Positions 26,474 to 34,088 of a stretch of 38,881 bases of DNA are shown here, in pieces; the first letter of the stretch is position 1, and every line of letters begins with the position of its first letter. The notes below the pieces were generated by a model that did not search any database, had not been told where the DNA came from, and was given only the letters and a program-made list of their open reading frames with translations. Source of the DNA: an uncultured Anaerolineaceae bacterium (lineage in GTDB: Bacteria > Chloroflexota > Limnocylindria > Limnocylindrales > CSP1-4). Both the position numbers and the translations under genes were made by a program. The DNA lies in NCBI GenBank assembly GCA_964629105.1, contig CAZVPS010000002.1, positions 1 to 38,881 on the forward strand, given 5' to 3'.

Positions 26474-26925
26474 TCATCGCGGCACGTGGGCTAACCGTGG
26501 CGCCCGTGGGCCGACGTGGGCGGGGATTTCTCGCGAAACTCGGCCGCGTGCGCACATTTGGGAGGCGCGGTCTTCCATGGGTGAGGAACCGCCTGTGGGT
26601 ACCCCGGTCCCCTCCGACGCACCCTTGGTCGAGTTGCACGACCGGCAGAGCACGGCGCAGTTGGCGATGTCGAGCGGCGCGCCACCTGCTGCGAGCGGCA
26701 CGACGTGATCGACCGTCAGGTCGTCCGCGGGGTGGGGCGGACGCTGGTAGCCCGGGCACCAGTCCCGTGCTGGCCGCGCCATGCCCGGAGCACTCGCGCA
26801 CTCAGGCGCTGCCAGGCCCGCGCCCTGTACAGGGCGTTGTGGCGGCTGCGGTCCGACAGTCGAGCGTGTACGGTGCAGCGGCTACCGGTCGGCTTGTGAT
26901 GACGCCTCGACTCGGAACTCGCCGC
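26474..26925 (-). pseudogene. phage-type HNH endonuclease, frameshifted and lacking a start codon
   Basis: ORF 26474..26782 carries the HNH core LTVDHVVPLAAGGAPLDIANCAVLCRSCNSTKG. The expected N-terminal part (...SRHNALYRARAWQRLSARVLRA) lies in a different frame upstream (about 26783..26925), and that frame has no ATG or GTG. Confidence 0.6.
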
Positions 26926-26951
26926 TCATTGCGGCTGCCCTGCCACTGTGC

Positions 26952-27203
26952 CTCGGCCTCGACGCTCGGTTACAGCCAGACCTCGTTCGGGCCGCGGACC
27001 TCCGCCTGCTCGAAGAGGGCCTCCTCGGGGTGGCCAGCCACTGGCCGTTCGAGTCCTGGGGGCGCTTCCTGCCCGAGCACACCACCGCGGTGGCGCTTCT
27101 CGATCGTCTCCTCCATCACAGCGTGGTGGTCGTCACCAGCGGGGATTCCCACCGCATGAAGGAGGCCCGCCAGAAGGGAGGTGGTGGTCCGCCGATGCCC
27201 TGA
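26952..27203 (+). mobile_element. IS21-family IstB (helper ATPase) C-terminal fragment
   Basis: ...LGVASHWPFESWGRFLPEHTTAVALLDRLLHHSVVVVTSGDSHRMKEARQKGG matches the conserved IstB C-terminus (TSN.PF..W...F.D...A.A.LDRL.HH....I.G.SYR.K). The Walker motifs and istA are absent. Confidence 0.6.
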
Positions 27204-27229
27204 GACGTCCTCTGGGGTGGGGACGTCTC
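27202..27229. terminator. 9-bp perfect-stem hairpin starting within the istB-fragment stop codon (27201..27203)
   Basis: GAGACGTCC-tctggggtgg-GGACGTCTC. There is no U-tract. It could be a terminator or the remains of an IS end. Confidence 0.3.
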
Positions 27230-27280
27230 GTGGCCACAGATGACTGGGCGGATTCCGGCGGTCGTCGCAACACAGGGCGG

Positions 27281-28232
27281 CTATGGGACTGACGCGAGGA
27301 GTCTATCGAGCTGCTGGGAGGGAGACTCCCAGCCGAGGATCTTGCGGGGCCGAGCGTTGAGTTCGGCGGCGACACTGGCCAGGTGGGCGGCGGTGTACAC
27401 GCGCAAGTCCGTGCCCTTGGGGAAGTACTGGCGCAGCAGCCCGTTCGTGTTCTCGTTCGTGCCCCGCTGCCACGGACTGGCACGCTCGCAGAAGTAGACC
27501 GCGACGTCCGAGGTTCGGGTGAACTCGTCGTGGCGGCTCATCTCCACCCCCTGATCCCAGGTCAGCGAGCGTCGCAGGCGGGAGGGCAGCACCGCCACCG
27601 CGTCGACGAGGGCATCACGGACCTGCTCCGCGCCGTGGCCGTCCGGCAGGTGCAGCAGCAGGAGATAGCGCGTGGTACGCTCGACGACCGTCCCGATCGC
27701 AGACCGGTTGGCGCTGCCGGTGATCAGGTCGCCCTCCCAGTGACCCGCGATGCGGCGATCGGCGACGTCGGCCGGGCGCCTGTCGATCATCACCATCGGC
27801 GCAACGAAGCGGAGGACGGAGTCGGCAACCGCCCCTGGGCCGCGCCGCATTGCCGCAAGCGGCCCTCGTCTCCGCGACTGTGACCTCTTGCGCCGTCGGG
27901 ACCTTCGAGCTCGCGGTCATTGACTTCGAACGCTACGCGGGCAGATGAACGGGCGGGTGAGCCGCGGGCCCCCCGGAGCCCCGCCGAATCGGGCGCCGTC
28001 GACGCTCACGCGCCCTGCCCGGAACCTCCGTGTGTACGAGCGGACCTGCAGGGCCCAACACGACCTCTATGGCATAGACCTCTGCGACGCAACGCGAGAA
28101 TCGCGGCATCAGCAAGGCTATGCGCCGGGCCGCCAACCGCAAGTTGGCACAGGATCGCGGATCCCGGCTGCCCGCCGCCCGGAAGGGCGGGTGTGAGCGT
28201 CTTGGCACACGATGCCATCGTGTAGGTCTCAA
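27281..28232 (-). mobile_element. IS30-family transposase pseudogene (5'-truncated, at least one frameshift)
   Basis: ORF 27281..27850 holds the DDE core (GHWEGDLI, SLTWDQGVEM, PWQRGTNENTNGLLRQYFPKGTDL, LNARPRKILGW). The upstream part continues in another frame (27933..28232: ...RFSRCVAEVYAIEVVL...RARERRRRP, cf. the IS30 SHETIY...LR.GR..R.PR region). The N-terminal HTH region is missing. No inverted repeats were identified. Confidence 0.7.
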
Positions 28233-28322
28233 ACATGAACTAGTGACGCCCGCAGCGGCTGCGCTGCTGCGTCATTGATGAGCCCTGAGGACCAGATGGC
28301 TCGCGCCAGCGAGATCCGGGCA

Positions 28323-29246
28323 TCAGACCCGGCGTAGCCAACGCGGCGTGGCCGCAAGGTCCACCTCGACGGTGGCGTCTGGCACGTCATCAAGGTGCGC
28401 TCGATAGACCACGTCTCGACCATCAACGACCGCGTGCAGCTCTGCATCGGCGTCGAGTGCGCGCACGTTCTGTTCCCTCAGGTGGGCGTGAAGTCGCTGG
28501 CCATCCAGATTCCATCGGCCCAACTCGCCTGGCAGCAGGTCGTCGATCACGTTGACGATGACAGCAGGCGGCTGGGTCGCCCCGAGGACTCCGCATCTGT
28601 GGTGCGAATTGAGGAGATCGAGGTCCCATGCCAGGGCGTTCAGGCGACGCGTACTGGCAGCGCCCTCGATGAGTGCGTCCGAAAGTGTCGTCGCGTAGCG
28701 ACTCAGGGCGTCCTGCTCTGAGACAGAAATCGGCGACAGGGCCGCCCCCGCCGGATCGACGCCCGTGAGGTCACCGTTGGGTTCGAGACGTGTTCGGCGA
28801 TGAACCACAGCATGGCGGTGCTGGTCAAGGGCAGCGTACAGCTCGGCAGTACGATGCCAATACGGCGTGGCGATGTCGAGGGGCGCTGGCAGACGGGCCG
28901 GCCCGCCCCGTCGGATGAACGCGGTCTTCTGGACAAACAACCAACGGCCGCGAGGATCCGGCTCCCCACTCAGCCGCATGGTCATCTCGACAATGAAATC
29001 CAGGATCTTGTAGGCCGCCACGAATGCCAGCGGACGAAAACGCGCCGCAACGCTCTCCACTGTGTCTGCACCAACCGACTCGTGGACGCCGCGCGCAACG
29101 CTTCGTGGGCCGCTTCCACGGATGTCGTTCGTGGCAAAGACGGCGCCTGGCGGTGGCTTGATGGGATCGATGATGGCCGCGAGCACCAAGCGCTCATAGG
29201 CCGTGTCGTCGGCGAACTCCTGGCGGAGCTGCTCCTCGAAGGTCAT
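28323..29246 (-). CDS. hypothetical protein with an N-terminal HEPN-like helical domain (R-x4-H) and an unknown C-terminal domain
   Basis: An intact 307-aa ORF. ...FVAAYKILDFIVEMTMRL...TAELYAALDQHRHAVVHRRTRLE has R-HAVV-H at 28800..28817. No family recognised beyond the motif. Confidence 0.6.
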   Translation of the reverse strand: MTFEEQLRQEFADDTAYERLVLAAIIDPIKPPPGAVFATNDIRGSGPRSVARGVHESVGADTVESVAARFRPLAFVAAYKILDFIVEMTMRLSGEPDPRGRWLFVQKTAFIRRGGPARLPAPLDIATPYWHRTAELYAALDQHRHAVVHRRTRLEPNGDLTGVDPAGAALSPISVSEQDALSRYATTLSDALIEGAASTRRLNALAWDLDLLNSHHRCGVLGATQPPAVIVNVIDDLLPGELGRWNLDGQRLHAHLREQNVRALDADAELHAVVDGRDVVYRAHLDDVPDATVEVDLAATPRWLRRV

Positions 29247-29332
29247 GGCTTCATCGCGGCACCTGAGCTCAGCGCCGGAAGCCGGGAAGGCCCAGCGTGC
29301 ACATGATGGTAGTCGCCGGATGAGCTGCCCGG

Positions 29333-29503
29333 TTAGGACGTCCAGCTCTTGGCTTCGTGTTTGAGCATCATGGCTTCAATGAGCTGTCCGAGCATGCGGC
29401 GTTCATCAAGGTCACGGTCGGCGGCAGCCGCGCCGCCGGCTACCTTCGTCGCCACGTCGCCCTCTCTCACCTGATCCCGCCAGCCGCCGGCGCTGCCAGC
29501 CAC
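29333..29503 (-). CDS. possible small ORF (56 aa) upstream of the 28323..29246 gene
   Basis: GTG 29503 to TAA 29333, below the track's length cut-off. VAGSAGGWRDQVREGDVATKVAGGAAAADRDLDERRMLGQLIEAMMLKHEAKSWTS. Only the C-terminal helix looks protein-like. It may be the C-terminal remnant of a longer gene, since an in-frame stop lies just upstream. Confidence 0.3.
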   Translation of the reverse strand: MAGSAGGWRDQVREGDVATKVAGGAAAADRDLDERRMLGQLIEAMMLKHEAKSWTS

Positions 29504-29770
29504 GATCAGGCCATCGTGTTTCGGTAGCGCAACCAGCCGATCGGGACCTCAGATTCGGCCGGAGGGCTAGGATGTGCATGGCCCCCGCTCCGCACGTCGA
29601 CGGCGATCCCTTTTGGGGTTTGGCCAGATCGCGCCGACGGGGGCCTCGGCCGGCCGCCCGGGAAGGTCGCCGTCGACCCGATGACTCGCAGCCGGCGCGC
29701 CGTCGCCGGCGAGGCGCTCTCGGCCCTGTGGGAATCAGGGAAGGTCCGGCCCGGTAGGCTCCCGCCAACC

Positions 29771-30177
29771 CCGGCCCCGGTTCCGCTCGGGAAGCCCGCT
29801 CCCGCTTCGGCGGGATGGGGACGCCCCCGGCGACTGGGGGCCGTGATGTTCGATCAGGAGTCTGGGAGAGACGCCTCGCCGAACTCGCGGCCCTCGTCAC
29901 TGAAATCGGGTGGCTCTGGCGAGGCGACCGCTGAGCCTGCGTCGTTCTGGCCGGGCAACTTCGGCGCCGATGGGCTCCACGGCTTAAGGCCCTGGACGAT
30001 GAGCCTGTAGAAGTCGAGCGCCTGCCTCTTGCTCTCGCTCACGAACGAGCCAGCGATCTTGCCGCGCTTTGCCCCCATCTCGTGTGCCAGCGACAGCCGG
30101 AACGCGCGGGGCTCGCGGTGCGCATCCGCCGCGAACAGCAGACGCTCGGGTTTCTCGCGAACCTCCTTGAGTGTCGC
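29771..30177 (-). repeat. copy C: the master copy of the nested repeat (3' end of the intact 29854..31233 gene plus the downstream structured element)
   Basis: Direct repeat of 23230..23632, about 85-90% nucleotide identity by hand alignment. The non-coding part (29771..29853) is also related to 21536..21637. Confidence 0.75.
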
Positions 30178-31233
30178 TGACACGGTCTCCTTGGCGTTCG
30201 GGTACCGGACTTCGACCCGCAGCGTGTCGGGCGCATCCTTGAGTTGCCTGACGACCCAGCCGATGCGCGTCTTCGGGCGACCCTCGCGTGGAGCCGGCAG
30301 TTCCACGCTGGTGGTGAACAGGCGGGTACGAAGGTCCGCAGCAAGGTCGATCGGCGCAACGGCATCGGGCACGCGTACCGTCGCCTCGAGGCGGCCCTGC
30401 TCGACAAGCGAGCGCACGAGCAGGTCGAGTCGGGCAGCCGGGTCGAGCTTCTTGGGCCAGACCGCGTCGACCTCGCGCCCGAGGTCCTGGCACAGCCCGA
30501 GCGCAAGGTACTGAACGAACAGCTCCCAGCGCGAGGCGACATCGCGGACGCCCTTGTCGGAGAGGCGGAGAGTGTGCTGGCGAGCCCCATCCCGGACGCT
30601 CACCCAGTGCTCACCCATGTCATCGAAACCGCCCGCACCGGCCTTCTCGTGGTCGAGATACGCGATCAGCTCGCCGAGTATCCAAGCCTGATCCGTGTCG
30701 CTGATCCCGCGATGCACGTGCCAGACGCGCGCGTCCGTCATCACCTGCCACCACGGCAGATGGCGCAGCGCAACCTTCTTCGTCTTCCGGGCGTCGATGG
30801 GGATCGGGCTCTCGGTGGGCGAAGCGGTGATCTGGTTGCTGATCGTCAGCACCGCGTCGAAGCCGTGAGTTCTGGCGAGATCGAGGTAGTGCTCCACCTG
30901 GTCGGTCCGGAGCGAAACGCCGCCGGTCTTCACCTCGACCAGGCAGACCCAGCGTGTCCTGCCGCGCTCGACGACGATCGCGCCGTCGGGGATGGCCGTC
31001 TTCTCGTCGGTATCGAGGAAGCGGACCTCGGTGTAGGTGTCGATTCGGCCGGCAGGGGCGCCGAGGTGTGCGACAAGGGCCCGTCCAAACTGCGGCACGG
31101 CTCGCATCACCGCGAGCAGCGACGACGTCGCCCGCTGCTCCTGCTCGTCCTGGCCACCGATCCCGGTAGTCGGGATCAGCCGCGCCTGATGCCAGGCCTC
31201 CTCCGGCTTGGGTGCTGGCTTGGCAATCGCCAC
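29854..31233 (-). CDS. conserved hypothetical protein with a PD-(D/E)xK (restriction-endonuclease-like) motif
   Basis: The GTG at 31233 is preceded by the SD GGGGAG, giving 459 aa. WHQARLIPTTGIGGQDEQEQRATSSLLAVMRAV...IPDGAIVVERGRTRWVCLVEVKTGG has D-x16-E-V-K. I recall this N-terminal signature from conserved actinobacterial hypothetical proteins but cannot name the family. Confidence 0.7.
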   Translation of the reverse strand: MAIAKPAPKPEEAWHQARLIPTTGIGGQDEQEQRATSSLLAVMRAVPQFGRALVAHLGAPAGRIDTYTEVRFLDTDEKTAIPDGAIVVERGRTRWVCLVEVKTGGVSLRTDQVEHYLDLARTHGFDAVLTISNQITASPTESPIPIDARKTKKVALRHLPWWQVMTDARVWHVHRGISDTDQAWILGELIAYLDHEKAGAGGFDDMGEHWVSVRDGARQHTLRLSDKGVRDVASRWELFVQYLALGLCQDLGREVDAVWPKKLDPAARLDLLVRSLVEQGRLEATVRVPDAVAPIDLAADLRTRLFTTSVELPAPREGRPKTRIGWVVRQLKDAPDTLRVEVRYPNAKETVSATLKEVREKPERLLFAADAHREPRAFRLSLAHEMGAKRGKIAGSFVSESKRQALDFYRLIVQGLKPWSPSAPKLPGQNDAGSAVASPEPPDFSDEGREFGEASLPDS

Positions 31234-31415
31234 GTCTTCTCCCCTCGTGGACTGCCGGCAGACCTACCGGCCCGCATCGGACGACAACGTGTATGGGTCC
31301 CCCGCCTCCACAAGGACTTCTCTGTAGAGCTCCTCCGTGGTCGGCGCCCGTGTCAGACAAGAGGTTGACGCCGGGCCTCCGTTGCGAATGGGAGCGCCCG
31401 CCCAGGTGACAGTCG

Positions 31416-32312
31416 CTACGGATAGCTCTCGCAGCCGATACCGTCACCGTCGCTGTCGAAATGATGGATGTCCACGCCCACGACGGTGACCCGGTGGCCG
31501 ATGTCGCTGCAGTTGAGGTCGTACCCGACGATCGGGACGCAGTAGCCCGTGTAGTTGGGGTCACAGGCTCCCCCGGGGGCAGGAGTCGGCGGAGGCGCGG
31601 GCGTTGGCGGAGGCGACGAGGTGGCGGCCGGGAGTACGACGACGGTCACCGTCCTTGCCGGGCACGCCGTGAGAACGCGCTTGAGGGCGGCGCGCTCGAG
31701 CGTATCCACTCTGAGACGCCACCGCACCTTGACCACCACCCACTCGGTCGCGTAGGTGCAGCGGAAGCTCGTCAGTGGCGGCAGCCACTGCGCCGGGTCC
31801 TTGTCGCTCTTGGCGCGGTTCGAGGCCGCCGACACCGCGCGGAGCGAGCGCGAGTCGCCGAGGTCGTTGGCGTAGGCCTTGCGGCGTGTCGACGTCCACG
31901 CCCAGGCACCCGAGTCCCAGGCCTCCTTGAGCGCGACGACGTGGTCGATGTCGAACGAGGACGCGCTGGTCGTCGTCACCCCGTCGTACACCGAGCGCCA
32001 GGAGCCCGCGACGGAACAGCCCGCCCCGAGTCGCGGCGTCGTTCGCGACTCTGCGATCAGCACCTCGTTCCGGGTGCTGCAGCCATCCCGATCGGCGTCG
32101 ATCCAGTGGACGAACAGGGCTCGGGCGTAGCCGCTCGGGTGTTCGGGTGCCGTCGCCAGGCGCGCGAGAAGTTGGAGCCCGGTGCCGCTCACGCTCGCGG
32201 CGGCGGTCGCCGGTGTGCCGTTCGCGGCGGCGAGCACCGCCGCCGCGAGGAGCACGACCAAGCGGCGAGCAAATCGTGGGCGCATCGCCGATGGCCCGAT
32301 GATGTGCCTCAT
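31416..32312 (-). CDS. secreted HNH/DUF1524-family nuclease with a C-terminal Excalibur calcium-binding domain
   Basis: The ATG at 32312 (SD GAGGG) or at 32285 gives a signal peptide RRLVVLLAAAVLAAANG. The DUF1524-type core is FDIDHVVALKEAWDSGAWAW...YANDL...LRAVSAASNRAKSDKDPAQWLPP. A PPPTPAPPPTPAP linker follows. The Excalibur-like end is YDLNCSDIGHRVTVVGVDIHHFDSDGDGIGCE. Confidence 0.8.
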   Translation of the reverse strand: MRHIIGPSAMRPRFARRLVVLLAAAVLAAANGTPATAAASVSGTGLQLLARLATAPEHPSGYARALFVHWIDADRDGCSTRNEVLIAESRTTPRLGAGCSVAGSWRSVYDGVTTTSASSFDIDHVVALKEAWDSGAWAWTSTRRKAYANDLGDSRSLRAVSAASNRAKSDKDPAQWLPPLTSFRCTYATEWVVVKVRWRLRVDTLERAALKRVLTACPARTVTVVVLPAATSSPPPTPAPPPTPAPGGACDPNYTGYCVPIVGYDLNCSDIGHRVTVVGVDIHHFDSDGDGIGCESYP

Positions 32313-32675
32313 CGTCGCCCTCGAAAGGTGAGCCGTTCTCGGCCACCGGATTCCGGCATGGACGCCTGAGCGGACGCTACCCAGCCCCGGGATTGCCACC
32401 TCTGGAGGGCTCGACCATACACCCGGCGGTCAATGGCCACTGGACCAGCGTGTCGTTTCTCAGTGCCCTTGTCAGACCCGACTGCTCAAGCGACTTCGGC
32501 AGTCCCGGCGATGAGGAAGGCCACGGGGGAGCGACGAGCGGTAGCCTGCACAATGGGTTCATCGTGTCGGTCCTGATCCCGCAGATGCTCCACCGCGTCG
32601 CGCCTCTCGCCGCGCAGCGCACCGCGCACCCCTGCCTCGGCGCATGTTGCTACCGAGCGGGTGCAGGCATCACAT

Positions 32676-33245
32676 TCAGGGTCTAAGCGCCTCCATTGCC
32701 TTCTTGGCATCCTCCAGCCGTCGGGCGGCCCGTGTGGTGTCGAAGTAGCCGCGGACTTGGGTGATGCCGCCCCTCGTCTTGTCTGGCGGGCCGCTCACCC
32801 GGACCCTGCCGTCCGGCATCGGGACTCCGCGAAAGTGCGCGATCCGGTTGCGGTCCACCGTCAGGCGAGCGACGGCCGCCCGAACGGGCGATCTTCGCAA
32901 TGGTCGCGCGCCTGTCAGCCGCTCGACGAGGTCAGCCCACTTCAGCTCGATTGGCTGTCGCACCCGGTCATCCCACCACTCCCCGAGGCCTTCGGCCTCC
33001 TCGTTCATCTGAGCCTCGAGTGCCGCTTGGGCGCAGAGAATGGCTACCAGACAGGCATGCAGTTCGTCGTTGGATCCCGCCTCTACTTCCTTCGACCGTG
33101 CTACCGCCTCCTCGGCGATCGCGAGGAGCCCCGCGGCCAGCGGCGTTCCGGTTTCGACCGTCAAAGCATCGGCGACCACGATTCCCTCGGCAACTCCAGC
33201 TTGCACGTTGACCGAGCGGCTGGTCGATCCGGCTGACTCAGGCAT
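32676..33245 (-). CDS. small HEPN-domain protein (RiboL-PSP/Swt1-like pattern)
   Basis: The ATG at 33245 is preceded by the strong SD GGAGG, giving 189 aa. ...LHACLVAILCAQAALEAQMNEEAEGL...AAVARLTVDRNRIAHFRG has the canonical R-N-x-I-A-H signature at 32835..32852. Confidence 0.7.
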   Translation of the reverse strand: MPESAGSTSRSVNVQAGVAEGIVVADALTVETGTPLAAGLLAIAEEAVARSKEVEAGSNDELHACLVAILCAQAALEAQMNEEAEGLGEWWDDRVRQPIELKWADLVERLTGARPLRRSPVRAAVARLTVDRNRIAHFRGVPMPDGRVRVSGPPDKTRGGITQVRGYFDTTRAARRLEDAKKAMEALRP

Positions 33246-33340
33246 CACACCTCCCCCGAATACCGCCGCAGCATCCGCTCCAGCTCCTCGGCCGTCAGGC
33301 CGCGCCCGAGCCGCTGGTAAGGGTTCGGGGCGGCGGTGAG

Positions 33341-33487
33341 TCATTCCGGCTCGTCGGACCCGGACTCGGCCCGCCCTAACATTTCGATCGCGTCAGCCTC
33401 CCAGGCGCAGCCCGGCGACACCTTGGAACAGCCGGTCACCGGGTTCGAGGTCGCGTCGGCCCACTCGATCCTGCTCTTGTCGCTCAC
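33341..33487 (-). pseudogene. N-terminal fragment of a phage Gp37/Gp68 (DUF5131) family gene
   Basis: [30 protein letters not shown]... matches the family start (IEWTDATWNPVTGC..VSPGC..CYA). It then diverges and stops after 48 codons. Confidence 0.55.
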
Positions 33488-33526
33488 GGACCAGCGCCCC
33501 TTTCGCGTGCAGCGTAGGCCGGCCGG

Positions 33527-33826
33527 TCAACTCGGCGTCTTGGTCGGTTCAGTGACACTCGCTTCGGAGACATGATCCGCCGCTTGCCGCCGTCGCGCCG
33601 CGATCGCGGTGGCACCCTCGGTGCCCCCGAGGACGTCGAGCGTTGCAGCTCGGGCCTCGTCGACCAGCCGCGCGGCCAGAGCTGGGGCTTCCCTCTCGGC
33701 TCCGGCGCGAAGCGCGTCGAGGTCACGATCCTGGTGGCGCATCCCGGTCGCTCCCCGCAGGCAGGGCTCGCCATCGATCAGCGGTCGGAGGGCGTCGCCC
33801 AAGCGGGCGAGGCGCTCGCCCGCCAT
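33527..33826 (-). CDS. possible hypothetical protein (about 99 aa)
   Basis: This is the most coding-like frame in the interval (GC3 about 80%): MAGERLARLGDALRPLIDGEPCLRGATGMRHQDRDLDALRAGAEREAPALAARLVDEARAATLDVLG... There is no SD and no recognised family. An alternative GTG start lies at 33859. Confidence 0.3.
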   Translation of the reverse strand: MAGERLARLGDALRPLIDGEPCLRGATGMRHQDRDLDALRAGAEREAPALAARLVDEARAATLDVLGGTEGATAIAARRRQAADHVSEASVTEPTKTPS

Positions 33827-33915
33827 CGCTTGAGCACTCGCGCACCGAGACGACGCCACTCTCGGGTGTCGTACAGGGCGTCATGGCGGCTGCGGTACGA
33901 CGGTCGAGCGTGCAC
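33826..33915 (-). pseudogene. fragment paralogous to the N-terminus of the HNH gene at 26474..26925
   Basis: VHARPSYRSRHDALYDTREWRRLGARVLKR compares with ...VHARLSDRSRHNALYRARAWQRLSARVLRA. Nucleotide similarity is about 75-80% over roughly 100 nt by hand. No HNH core follows in any frame. Confidence 0.4.
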
Positions 33916-34088
33916 GAGACAGCGACTCCCCGGACGGCTCGTTGGGTACTTCTACCTGGCCCTTGACGCCCAGCCGCTCCGAGCGGTCCCTTCCCGGCCT
34001 TGCCTTCTGTCCGCCCGCGAGTGATGAATGCCCCCGTCCACCCGAACCCGGAGGCCGCCATGCACCCGCCGCGGGCCAGGCCCTGACG

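Noticed and set aside
29263-29272. A 10-bp perfect palindrome CTGAGCTCAG between the small ORF and the 28323..29246 gene
   Set aside because: It is short, GC-neutral and contains a common restriction-site palindrome. It has no second copy or obvious promoter context, so it is probably fortuitous.
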